From: a bacterium | GTDB taxonomy: Bacteria > Patescibacteriota > Doudnabacteria > UBA920 > VMFF01 | Direction: 5' to 3' | Assembly: GCA_021811585.1 (NCBI GenBank) | Contig: JAJZOG010000007.1 | Location: 57,459 to 121,458, forward strand | Length of the DNA: 64,000 nucleotides | Part shown: piece by piece, positions 29,535 through 38,653 of the stretch | Layout: each line of letters opens with the position of its first letter | Numbering within the stretch: position 1 is the first letter of the stretch | The notes under the pieces: model-generated | Seen by the model: the letters and a program-made list of their open reading frames with translations, nothing else | Database searches by the model: none | What the model was told of the DNA's origin: nothing | Program-made: the position numbers and the translations under genes

Positions 29535-30710
29535 TTATTTTGCGCTTTTATAAATATAGAAAAAATCTTTTTGATAGCCGTTTAGGTATTGTTTTGAGCC
29601 GTCCTGCATTTCTTTATTTAACGGGGCGGAGTTATATTTTCCCGCGCCCGTGCTGTTAAAAATATTGAATCTGACCCAGTACGGATTAATATCCAGCTGA
29701 ATGGCATTAGCTGCTCCGGCAAGCCGCAGCGCTTCCGCGAGAGTGAGCGGGCTTAAACTGTTTCCGGCCGCAAATATCAGATTCCCGTTTGCCGTTATGC
29801 CGATGCCGGACCGCCATGTAAAGGTGTTGGCGCCAACAACACGCCCCCAAATTTTTTGGCTGTTTGGATCAGAAACCGTGATCACCCCGTTTTCTATAAG
29901 CATCGGGCCGTTTTGCCTTATAAATGTGGCGTTCGATAAGTTTTGCCCGGCATAGTTAAATATTTTAACAGAACCGTTTTTGAAAGCGGCAATTGTGCCT
30001 AAATTTTTTTGCAGCGGCAGGTAAGTGGTTTTGCCCACAATCATGCCGTATTGGCCGTCTCGATATTGAAAGCCGCCGTCAAAAGCCGCCACCAAGTTCC
30101 CGCTCAGGATAATTTTTTTCGGCACTTTGCCGGGACCGTATTTGCCAACCTTGCCTCCGGGTTCAACCGTGCCTGCCACGCTGCCGATGCCGAGCGAAGA
30201 CATGTCCATTTTTACCAGCGAGGCGATCGCAAAGTTTCTGCTTGCATCGGGGCGGATAAATGTGCGGGCCATCACCTCTTTGTCCGGGGAAATGACGAGC
30301 GGAATATTGTGCCACACTCCTTCGCCGGCCAAAGGAGCAAATGAAAGATTGGCCGGCAGGGATTGCAAATTCAGCAAAGACGGCAGTTGTGGATTTGTAG
30401 CTGCGCTTGAGAATTGCGGAGCCAGCGGCTGCTTAAAATGATAGACTACTTTATTGACATGGTCTGAAAAATTAAAAAAAATCTTTTCCAGAAATACGAT
30501 TTGCCTGTCGCCGAAAATCGGACGCAAATAATCGTCGGTGAGCTGCGCCGCCAGCGGCGTATCAATTTTAATGAAAGCAAAGCCAAGAACAGCAACAGCA
30601 ACTGCGCCAAGGAAAAACCATTTCAGGAACTTTTTGAGAAAAATAACGTATATTTTATTTTTATCTGCAGGGTGGCGATGATTGGAAGAGTATTTGTTTA
30701 TATACATCAT
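29535..30710 (-). CDS. Phosphodiester glycosidase (NAGPA/DUF2233)-like membrane-anchored protein
   Basis: AAFDGGF, GPMLIENG, RSGIGIT, AIQLD motifs. Confidence 0.75.
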   Translation of the reverse strand: MMYINKYSSNHRHPADKNKIYVIFLKKFLKWFFLGAVAVAVLGFAFIKIDTPLAAQLTDDYLRPIFGDRQIVFLEKIFFNFSDHVNKVVYHFKQPLAPQFSSAATNPQLPSLLNLQSLPANLSFAPLAGEGVWHNIPLVISPDKEVMARTFIRPDASRNFAIASLVKMDMSSLGIGSVAGTVEPGGKVGKYGPGKVPKKIILSGNLVAAFDGGFQYRDGQYGMIVGKTTYLPLQKNLGTIAAFKNGSVKIFNYAGQNLSNATFIRQNGPMLIENGVITVSDPNSQKIWGRVVGANTFTWRSGIGITANGNLIFAAGNSLSPLTLAEALRLAGAANAIQLDINPYWVRFNIFNSTGAGKYNSAPLNKEMQDGSKQYLNGYQKDFFYIYKSAK

Positions 30711-30815
30711 CTTTGTTTTGATATCCGGAATGAGCGTATATTTATATTCTAACCCGGTTTCATGAAGATTTGATGAAAGCCCTAAAATAGGGCGCGCATG
30801 CCTGCAAATGCGAAA

Positions 30816-31274
30816 TTATTTGTTTTCCGGCTGTGCGCTTTTTTTGCTGAAAGCGAAAATGTAAATTATTTCCAGTATGCCCAAGGTATTCACAATCAGA
30901 AGTACAATAAACCATGTTTTGTGCGAATTCCGCGCGGATTTCCAGAGCGCCACGCCTTTCCAAATTAATGTCCAGACAATCAGCGCTGCCAGTAAAATTT
31001 TAACGGCAGGGGAGAACGGGAAAAGAGGCAGGTCGCCGTTTAAATACCAGCCATGATTGTATTTCACGATTTGTATGGTTTTGCCGCCCGCGGTTTTGCA
31101 GATGCCGGAATTCGGCGTCTTATTCAACAATTGCGTGCAGCCCCTGAAAGCATAGTAATTTTCAAAACTGCTGTGTGCGCGGCTGAGCTTGTGCACCTGA
31201 AAAGCCCCGAATATGATTATTAATATTACCGCCAAGCCCAATAGGACGGTTAAGAGTTTGTGCTTTTTTGCCAT
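30816..31274 (-). CDS. Membrane protein: small Cys-paired exported domain fused to a DUF5652-like C-terminus
   Basis: C-terminal WTLIWKGVALWKSARN..WFIVLLIVNTLGILEIIY. Confidence 0.7.
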   Translation of the reverse strand: MAKKHKLLTVLLGLAVILIIIFGAFQVHKLSRAHSSFENYYAFRGCTQLLNKTPNSGICKTAGGKTIQIVKYNHGWYLNGDLPLFPFSPAVKILLAALIVWTLIWKGVALWKSARNSHKTWFIVLLIVNTLGILEIIYIFAFSKKSAQPENK

Positions 31275-31376
31275 AAATACAGATTAATTTTAATTGATCG
31301 ATTGTATTTTTAATTATATAATTGTGTACAAAGGTATTATAAAGGGTTTTGCGATGCTTTGCTAATAAAAAGATTT

Positions 31377-31925
31377 ATGCCAGAAGAATACTACGATATC
31401 TACGATGAAAACGGCAATCCTTTGGGGATTTCAAAACCCCGCTCAGAAGTCCATGCAAACGGCTATTGGCACAGGGCTGTCCACATTTGGATTTTAAATT
31501 CCAACGGGGAATTGTTGATACAAAAACGGGCGGAAATGAAAAAATCTTATCCCGGCCTTTGGGATGTTTCTTCAGCCGGACACGTTTCTGCCGGTGAATC
31601 AGCGGAAGCAGGTGTGCTTAGAGAATTACAGGAAGAACTTGGCATCAAAGCCAAACCATCCGAATTCAAATATCTGTTTGCCATCACCGAAGAAAGCATC
31701 TAATATGGGGGCAAATTAATAGATCATTTATTTGATTCGGTTTATTTAATGCGCAAAAATTTAAATCTTAATGATTTGGTTTTGCAAAACGAAGAAGTAT
31801 CCGAAGTTGCCTGGATGCCGGCCTCAAAATTATTGGAATTGGCCAAGGGTGAAGATGAAACCTTTGTTGACCGCAGGGAAGAATATAAAAAATTATATGA
31901 GATATTAAAATCTCCGCATCCTTAA
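31377..31925 (+). pseudogene. NUDIX hydrolase (Idi-like) interrupted by one in-frame TAA at 31701-31703
   Basis: HRAVH, Nudix box GHVSAGESAEAGVLRELQEELG. Frame continues past TAA as YGGKLIDHLFDSVYL...LQNEEVSEVAW to a stop at 31925. Confidence 0.85.
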
Positions 31926-32563
31926 AGGTTGCGGGGATTATGGTAGGACAACAATTTCCAGCGGAATGCCGTGGAACATTCCACCAGCTGATGTGCCGGA
32001 CACTCAAAAGTGAAAGTTCTTCCAGGGTTTGGAATAATTCTGATTATTCCACGGTTTTGCCACCTGCCGATCACATCCGTTAACGGCAATTCCACTACTC
32101 CGGTGTGCGGGTTGGCAGCATGAATTAGGGTTTGGTTTGATGAAACCATGCCCACGTGTCCAATGCCTTCTTCGGGATTAAACCAATAGAGGTTTCTCCT
32201 GCCAGTGCTGAATATCAGATCGCCTTCATATAATTTTGTGGAAATGTCCGCAATCTCTTGGAATCCCAAATAGCGCTGGTCAATTGGATGCCTGGGCAGC
32301 CATATGCCTTTTTGCGCATACAGCCATTTTACGAAGCTGGAACAATCCACTGAATTTGGCGCTTCTTCGGCCCGGCAAAATCGAACGTATTTGGAGATTC
32401 CAACGCACTGGCGCGCCAATGCCGTAAGATTTTCCGTGATAAGATTAAACCCCCTTTCCAAAAGAATTTTGATGGCTTCCTCATCGGAGAAGGGAAGCCG
32501 GAGAGTTGAAAAATCCACAGCACAGCGGTTGCCAACCGCAATATACGATGATCCCGTGTCCAT
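31922..32563 (-). CDS. NlpC/P60 family peptidase
   Basis: DCSSFV, GDLIF, GHVGMV, IHA motifs. AAAGGAGG RBS precedes the ATG at 32563. Confidence 0.85.
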   Translation of the reverse strand: MDTGSSYIAVGNRCAVDFSTLRLPFSDEEAIKILLERGFNLITENLTALARQCVGISKYVRFCRAEEAPNSVDCSSFVKWLYAQKGIWLPRHPIDQRYLGFQEIADISTKLYEGDLIFSTGRRNLYWFNPEEGIGHVGMVSSNQTLIHAANPHTGVVELPLTDVIGRWQNRGIIRIIPNPGRTFTFECPAHQLVECSTAFRWKLLSYHNPRNL

Positions 32564-32752
32564 TTGATCCTCCTTTGCCCGGACAAACAAAAACTGCCCG
32601 AGAAGGCAGATTTCAAATCTAAAAAGCAAAAGCAGATTGAAAACCTATCTTCTCGGCCAGTTTGAGAAGTTCCAAATAAATCCGGACCAGGTTTTGATAT
32701 TTTTGCGAATTAACATAGTTTGAGATTAAGGCATATAGAAAATTCAGAAAGG

Positions 32753-33301
32753 TCACTCATTATTTTTTTGCAAGAATTGTTTTAATTTATCAAAAGGTTT
32801 AATTTTTAAATAAGTTTTTCGATCGTCTTCTTCGTTAAGCTCGGCCCTTGTTGACGAATATCCTTCGGGTATGAATATTCTGTCAAAACCAAAACCGTTT
32901 TCGCCTGCCGGGGTTTGCGGAATTTTGCCGCCCAAACCGTTTTCAAACATTTGCAAATCTTTGCCGTCAAAATAGCCAAACATGCATTTTGCAATGGCTT
33001 CGCGCGTATTGCCGTTTACCAGGTTGCAAATTTGTTCTTCCGAAAGTTCCTCAAGAAAATATTTAATCAGCGGCCCCGGCAACCTGCCCAAGGCCTTGAA
33101 TTCCAGCGAAACATCTTCGACTATAACCGGGCCTTGGATGATTTCGTATGCTTGGCGCACTTTATGCCCGATAATTTTTTTTAAATCCAGGGATTGTATT
33201 TCGTCCAGGTCCAATTTAACATGTTTGATCGGCAGGCCAAGATATTTGGCCAAGTAATCGGCTTTGTTTTGGTTGCCGGTTATGAACGTAATTTCTTTCA
33301 T
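32753..33301 (-). CDS. Ham1/ITPase family non-canonical purine NTP pyrophosphatase
   Basis: FITGNQNK, VEDVSL, LPGPLIK, GFGFDRIF. Confidence 0.92.
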   Translation of the reverse strand: MKEITFITGNQNKADYLAKYLGLPIKHVKLDLDEIQSLDLKKIIGHKVRQAYEIIQGPVIVEDVSLEFKALGRLPGPLIKYFLEELSEEQICNLVNGNTREAIAKCMFGYFDGKDLQMFENGLGGKIPQTPAGENGFGFDRIFIPEGYSSTRAELNEEDDRKTYLKIKPFDKLKQFLQKNNE

Positions 33302-33595
33302 ATATGAAGTATGAAGCTTAACAAAGGAAGCTTAACAAAAAATCGGCAAAATAGCGATTTTCTTTGTATTTCTGGGTATTTCTGGGTGGTGTCTCAAGCT
33401 CTCAAACATTTAAATACGGTGTTTTAAAAACTTTACAACAAGCGATGCATATAATATAATCCAATATTAAAATTGCGGTCATAAGATAGCAGGTTTTCTT
33501 AAAAATCTTTTGCCTTATGTTCCCAATGTTCCAAAGAAATTGGGCGCAGAACCTTGATGAGTAATCAAGGCATTTCAACTTGTTTGGAGGATGCC

Positions 33596-34198
33596 ATGAG
33601 TAATGGCAAATTCACTTATACGAAGGAACAGGAAGCGAGTCTCTTCGCGCAGTTTTCTAAAGCAATGGAAATTGTCCGCGAGAGGCAGCGACCGTATGAA
33701 ACTGTCAAGCAATCCTTACAGGCCATAATAAGCGATTGTGAAATTCAGATCAAGCCAAAAATTCTTGCCGGCGCAGACGGAGACAATGTCTTCCATGTTA
33801 CCGGTAATTTCGGTTCAGCGTCTTTGGCACTGGATGCGGGTAAGTATGATGCCCGTTATGGTTATGCTGAGTCGGCAAGGGCAATCGCAAAGGTTCCAAT
33901 GATTGTCCAGCCGGTTGACTGCAAGGTAAGAGCGGTTCCGTTGGGGCAATTCAGAAAGAACGCCGAGATCTTTGGATTGTATCCAAAGATTGCTGGCCCA
34001 ATGACACTGTTTACTTTGGGCGTGAAATTTCCTGAAAAACAGTTCGGTGGGTCAATTTTCGTGATTTGGAAAGATCATAAGGGCCAGTTCTGGTATGCTT
34101 TCCTGGGCGGGACCCGCGGTTGGCGCAGCGTTAATGTTTGCCTGGAGGATCCGAACCAGGGGTGGGCCAGCCACGATCATGTCCTTCTCTATGAGTAA
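33596..34198 (+). CDS. Hypothetical protein
   Basis: GGAGG RBS precedes the ATG at 33596; aromatic-rich C-terminus; followed by an imperfect hairpin at 34203-34248. Confidence 0.7.
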   Translation: MSNGKFTYTKEQEASLFAQFSKAMEIVRERQRPYETVKQSLQAIISDCEIQIKPKILAGADGDNVFHVTGNFGSASLALDAGKYDARYGYAESARAIAKVPMIVQPVDCKVRAVPLGQFRKNAEIFGLYPKIAGPMTLFTLGVKFPEKQFGGSIFVIWKDHKGQFWYAFLGGTRGWRSVNVCLEDPNQGWASHDHVLLYE

Positions 34199-34289
34199 GG
34201 TTAGGGCCTTGGATTCTTTAAACTTTTTGTTCTTGGATCCTTGGCCCTTTTTGTTTATTTTTTGAGGAGTATTTTCGAGGGATATTTTT

Positions 34290-34784
34290 TTAGTTTCTAT
34301 TAATTAGATATTCAAGTTGCCCTATTTCGTAAAAAGCTTCTTTAAGTGGATTTTTCCTGAAAAGTTTTGAACCAGCACTATCCGATGGGGGCTTGATTTT
34401 TTTAGTTGGTAAAATTTTTGCAATTTGATGCCACTGCTTTTTCATAGTTTTCAGGTTTTGAGCATTTGGTATAAATTCCACGGTAGAATACCCATTTTTT
34501 TCTTCCACCACGTTGACTCCATTTTTTTTCAATTTTATTTTGATTTGCTTGTCAATTACGAAGAAACCGTCAATGGCTTGTTTTTCCCCGTAAAAGCCAG
34601 AGGACCATGTAGGATATCCTTTTTTATTAAATTCTCTAACGGCTTCTCGTACTTGAGGTTCAAGCATTTCCAAGTAGCACCCCAAGTATAATTCTTCCTT
34701 TGTTGGCTTAGGATTAAAAATTATGCGTTTCTTTAGATCTTCCAGAGATATTTTATGAGCTTGTTTTCGAATTTTATTTGTCAT
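34290..34784 (-). CDS. Hypothetical protein (AT-rich cargo)
   Basis: 164-aa ORF, visibly AT-rich; starts about 15 bp from repeat copy A3. Confidence 0.7.
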   Translation of the reverse strand: MTNKIRKQAHKISLEDLKKRIIFNPKPTKEELYLGCYLEMLEPQVREAVREFNKKGYPTWSSGFYGEKQAIDGFFVIDKQIKIKLKKNGVNVVEEKNGYSTVEFIPNAQNLKTMKKQWHQIAKILPTKKIKPPSDSAGSKLFRKNPLKEAFYEIGQLEYLINRN

Positions 34785-34798
34785 TTATATTTAGGAGG

Positions 34799-34841
34799 CA
34801 TCCGATACTAAAATTTCTGGCAATGCATTTGGGTTCAGTGC
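34799..34841. repeat. Repeat A, copy 3 (degenerate)
   Basis: CATCCGATACTAAAATTTCTGGCAATGCATTTGGGTTCAGTGC aligns with copy 2 at 37882-37925. Confidence 0.75.
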
Positions 34842-34850
34842 TGCTATAAT

Positions 34851-35720
34851 TTAGATTGATCCAAGCCAATTAATAATTTTATCAGCCATTTCTTTTTCCT
34901 TGCCAAAATAAAAGTGCGCGGCTCTGGCAATTATATCAATGTCAAAAATCGGGGCATTCGCGGCTTTGCGCTTAATAATTTCCAACGCTTCTTTTTGGGG
35001 AATTATTACCGCGTTATCTTTTTCTCCCAAGAAAGCAAAAACAGGTATTTTAATTTCGCTTAATAGAGAAGTTTTATCCGGATCATAAGTATTAAAAATA
35101 TCTACCGGGTAATCGCGGCTGTTCAAATTTAGGTAAGTATTTGCGGACAGATAATACCAATCCCAAATTTTTTGCGTAAGCATGTCTCCGCCTCGTCCGT
35201 CTTCAACCATTGCTTTTGATTCATCCAGTAGTTTTTTATGATAAGTTTCTTTTTCGGCCAAACCGACCATGTCCGGAGGAGACATTTAAATGAGCTTATT
35301 TATTCTGTTGTCCTGGGTTTTTGCAATATAGTAGGCAACCTTGACAGCGCCCAAGCTGTGCCCGCAAAGTACTGTTTTTTTATATCCGTTTTGTTTCAAG
35401 TAATCAATCGCCGGCTTAATATCCAGCAGGCATTCTTCAAAAATTTCATAAGCGTTCCCTATGCGCTTATATTTTTCGTCCGGCCCTGCGATCGGAAAAT
35501 CCGCAATTAAATCATGCCCGCGAGTATTGATGCTCATAAAAGCGTAGCCATGGCTCGTAAGTTCCCTCGCCATTGTGTCTAAAAACCCATTTTCATAAAA
35601 ATTTCTGGCCATGCCGTGGACATGCAGATATGCCATATTCGTCTTTTCCGATGGCTCATAAAGCAATCCTTGCAGTATCAATTTATCTTCGGTTGTAAAG
35701 CGAATAAATTCAGTGTTCAT
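34851..35720 (-). pseudogene. Alpha/beta hydrolase (DUF1749-like) split by an in-frame TAA at 35286-35288
   Basis: GHSLG nucleophile elbow. The two ORFs abut in the same frame (RINKLI*MSPPD); C-terminal GEKD and AAHFY. Confidence 0.85.
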
Positions 35721-35763
35721 ACACATAGAATAGCAAAAAAACGCCGAAGAGGCGATTAGTGCC

Positions 35764-35842
35764 GAAAAACAGCTTTTTGAGGAGCAAGCGCTAGGTGGTA
35801 AAAATGTTAAATAAGACAAAGAGACAGTCCTGGTATAGTGGA
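35764..35842. repeat. Repeat B, copy 2
   Basis: Hand alignment with 37979-38057 gives about 56/79 identities, including TTTTTGAGGAG and AGACAAA..GAGRCAGTC. Confidence 0.75.
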
Positions 35843-35985
35843 CAAGCCAAGGAATTATGAAAAGGGAGTATAATTAGATTAGTAAAAAAATTAGCCAAAA
35901 GGAATTTATGGCATTAGGAAAACATGGCCATAACAAGGATACAAGGATACAGTGAGAGATAAAGAATAATGCAAAAACAATAAAG

Positions 35986-37170
35986 ATGAAAATAAAGTTT
36001 TTTATCATAGCTTTATTATTGTTAGCCGCAGGGTGTAATCAAGTTCACCAGGCATCCGAACAGGCAGTTCCCAGTAAAGCCGCCAGCGCAAAGAATGGCG
36101 ATGCAAATATAATCGCCACAAAGCCCACGGAAAATTGTCTAGATGGTTTTGCTTTGGTTCCAGGGAGCGCTTTATACAAAACGCCGGATTTTTGCGTGAT
36201 GAAATATGATGCCAAAGCAGTTTTTGCTGCGGATCCTTCAATAGGAATTCAACCTCAACCGGGTGATCCTTGTTTCGGTACAACCAACGCATATTGGGAA
36301 ACTCGCGGCCAACCGACAGGTACTTACAAAAATAATGGCACTGGCTGTCAGGCCACTGCTGAAAATGGCAAGGAAATAAACTCGGTGCCAAGCGGTGCGC
36401 CGATAGCTTATATACCTGAAGTTGGCAGCGGCACAAACAATGCCGTCAGTTATTGCCGACACATGGGTTGGCACTTGCTTACCAATGCCGAATGGATGAC
36501 CATTGCCCGCAATGTTGAACAAGTATCGGCCAACTGGTGCAATCCGGATGGCACTGCTTGCGGAGCAGCACCTGGCACGCCCGGAAAAATCTTGGCCAAC
36601 GGGCATAATAATGCTCAGCCAAATAGCGCTTTGGTTGCCTCAGCCGACGACAGCCAGGCATGCTTTGGCACAACCCCAGACGGCTCGAAAATTTGCGGCC
36701 ATGCCAATTCTCAAAAACGCACTTTGCAGCTTAGCAACGGACAAGTGATTTGGGATTTTGCCGGAAATGTTTGGCAATGGGTTGGAGGCACTGTCCGGCG
36801 CAAAGACGAACCGCAGTCCCAAACCAACGGCAAATTAGATAGCGGCTGGTTATCCAGCGAGTTTGCTCCTGGGTCGGCGAGCTTGGGAGTTTTAGATAGC
36901 GTGATTATTAATAACGGGCGAGGCCTGTCAATGGGATATGATTCTTTTCGGCCATCAAATCCAAATTGGAATTCCAGTAATGGGGTTGGCAGAATTTTTC
37001 ATTTTAGCGCGGCTGCTGATCAGACCTCTACCATTTATGGATTTATCCGCGGCGGCCAATGGAATCATGGCGCTGTTGATGGTGCCTTCAGCGTGCATCT
37101 GACTCCGGTACCAAGTAAAACCAACCTTGAAGATGTTGGTTTTAGGTGCGTTGCCGCTGTTACTCCATAA
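35986..37170 (+). CDS. Lipoprotein with FGE-sulfatase/C-type-lectin (Mtd-like) fold
   Basis: Lipobox LAAGC; FCVMKYDA, HLLTNAEW, IWDFAGNVWQWV, RGGQW, terminal VGFRC. Confidence 0.82.
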   Translation: MKIKFFIIALLLLAAGCNQVHQASEQAVPSKAASAKNGDANIIATKPTENCLDGFALVPGSALYKTPDFCVMKYDAKAVFAADPSIGIQPQPGDPCFGTTNAYWETRGQPTGTYKNNGTGCQATAENGKEINSVPSGAPIAYIPEVGSGTNNAVSYCRHMGWHLLTNAEWMTIARNVEQVSANWCNPDGTACGAAPGTPGKILANGHNNAQPNSALVASADDSQACFGTTPDGSKICGHANSQKRTLQLSNGQVIWDFAGNVWQWVGGTVRRKDEPQSQTNGKLDSGWLSSEFAPGSASLGVLDSVIINNGRGLSMGYDSFRPSNPNWNSSNGVGRIFHFSAAADQTSTIYGFIRGGQWNHGAVDGAFSVHLTPVPSKTNLEDVGFRCVAAVTP

Positions 37171-37176
37171 TCCGGC

Positions 37177-37824
37177 CTATTTAACCTCGGATATGATCGC
37201 TTGGTCTTCTTTAAATAAATATTCGCTCAATTTAAAAATACTGTAAGACATGAACGGCGCCGCTAAAACATCTATTGAATAGTGTACGTGTGCCAGAAGC
37301 ACAGATATGCCAAAAATTGCCGACGCCAGCAGATATATAAAGCGCCACAGTTTTTCGCGCCACAAAATTAAAGCCATCAAAAATGGCAGACCAGTATGCG
37401 CGGAGAAAAAGTATCCTGTTTCCAAACCCAAGGCTACGTATAAATGATCTAATGGGCCCGGACCTGGCACAATTTGGCCGGGATAAATTCCCAGGTGAGT
37501 TACAGCGACGAAAACGGCGCGCAGCGCAAGGAAGATTGAAAGAGTTTTTAGCGTAAAAATAAGATATTTCGGTTTTGATAAAATTACAAGGGCGCTGATC
37601 AGGATTGTCCAGAGTGCGCCCTCAACAATGATTAGGTTTAAATTTAGTATCGGCAAATGATCCAATAACAGGTCGCCAACGTATCTGGTGGCCACGTGGC
37701 TGGAATAAGTTCCTGCATAATATTGAAAAACTAAGCTCAGAGCCAGGATTAACAATGCTGTATAAAACGATCGGCGACGCGGTTTAGTGAAGAGTTGTTT
37801 ATATTGAACGATGATTTTGTTCAT
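37177..37824 (-). CDS. PAP2-superfamily / sphingomyelin-synthase-like membrane phosphotransferase
   Basis: FFSAHT and HVHYSIDV motifs; multiple TM segments. Confidence 0.82.
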   Translation of the reverse strand: MNKIIVQYKQLFTKPRRRSFYTALLILALSLVFQYYAGTYSSHVATRYVGDLLLDHLPILNLNLIIVEGALWTILISALVILSKPKYLIFTLKTLSIFLALRAVFVAVTHLGIYPGQIVPGPGPLDHLYVALGLETGYFFSAHTGLPFLMALILWREKLWRFIYLLASAIFGISVLLAHVHYSIDVLAAPFMSYSIFKLSEYLFKEDQAIISEVK

Positions 37825-37878
37825 ATCCGGTTCTTGCTAAGCGGATAATTATGTTTAAAACAGGTAATCATGTTTAGT

Positions 37879-37926
37879 GGTCATCCGATACTAAGTATTC
37901 TTGGCGGTGTGCTTGGGTTAAGTGCC
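37879..37926. repeat. Repeat A, copy 2
   Basis: GGTCATCCGATACTAAGTATTCTTGGCGG matches 38537-38565 at 27/29. Confidence 0.85.
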
Positions 37927-37978
37927 AAAGCTTTTGCCAAAGCTTTGAGAATATTATAAGGGAATTTTGGGAGTTTAG

Positions 37979-38057
37979 GAAAAGAGGTTTTTGAGGAGAA
38001 AGGGCCACGGTAGGGAAGTGTAAAATGAGACAAATGAGGCAGTCATAGGAAATTGGA
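37979..38057. repeat. Repeat B, copy 1
   Basis: Homologous to 35764-35842; contains the direct repeat TGAGACAAA-TGAGGCAGT. Confidence 0.75.
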
Positions 38058-38065
38058 ATAGTACC

Positions 38066-38509
38066 TTATTGAGAGGATAAAATAGTCGATTCCAAGAATT
38101 GGATATAATCTTTGGGTAAGCCATGCTCTTTCCCTCCATCAATACAAAATTGAAGGTATTTTTTATTGATATGCAAATTATCATGAACAGCTTCGCTGTT
38201 TGCAATATATGTCGCGGCTTCCATAATATTTGTTCCGATGCTAACTTTTACAACATCTCTTATATAACCAATCTCAAATTCATCTAAAGTATTTAACTGA
38301 TCCTCGTCTAAATTAAAACAAACTCCGTAAACATGATTATCGTTATTTCCTGTGAATACAATATTTGCTTTGCCCGAGCCATCTTTAGCTAACTTATTAA
38401 AAGCAAGTTTATATTTTTTTAAAATAGCCCTTCCCAAACAGCCACATTTACCAATACGTTCCTCTAATCTTTTGGTAAGCATGTTTGAACCAAAAGCAAA
38501 ATAAATCAT
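38066..38509 (-). CDS. Gamma-glutamylcyclotransferase (GGCT/AIG2-like) family protein
   Basis: YFAFGSNM N-terminus, VYGV, LDEFE; AT-rich. Confidence 0.88.
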   Translation of the reverse strand: MIYFAFGSNMLTKRLEERIGKCGCLGRAILKKYKLAFNKLAKDGSGKANIVFTGNNDNHVYGVCFNLDEDQLNTLDEFEIGYIRDVVKVSIGTNIMEAATYIANSEAVHDNLHINKKYLQFCIDGGKEHGLPKDYIQFLESTILSSQ

Positions 38510-38536
38510 TAAGGTCTATTTACTGTTATATCAAAG

Positions 38537-38565
38537 GGTCTTCCGATACTAAATATTCTTGGCGG
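38537..38565. repeat. Repeat A, copy 1, overlapping the tRNA-Ser 3' end (att-like)
   Basis: GGTCTTCCGATACTAAATATTCTTGGCGG; the last 6 bp are the tRNA CCGCCA end. Confidence 0.85.
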
Positions 38566-38653
38566 AGAGGGAGGGATTCGAACCCTCGATACAGGTATTA
38601 CCCCGTATACCGGTTTAGCAAACCAGCGCTTTCGGCCACTCAGCCACCTCTCC
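38560..38653 (-). tRNA. tRNA-Ser (anticodon GCT), CCA encoded
   Basis: GGAGAGG/CCTCTCC-G-CCA, anticodon arm CTGGT-TTGCTAA-ACCGG, long variable arm. Confidence 0.95.

Noticed and set aside
33460-33479. Fourth copy of repeat A (TCCAATATTAAAATTGC)
   Set aside because: Short, AT-rich, three mismatches to A3 and none of the flanking block; may be chance.
31701-35288. TAA stop-codon reassignment
   Set aside because: TAA ends many intact genes here (rsmA, recG, gatB, prfA); only two accessory genes are interrupted.
35986-37170. Complete diversity-generating retroelement
   Set aside because: No reverse transcriptase, Avd or template repeat seen in the window.
37884-37911. Xer dif site
   Set aside because: An 11-6-11 reading is possible, but the arms do not match XerC/XerD consensus and one copy overlaps a tRNA 3' end, so it is treated as att-like.
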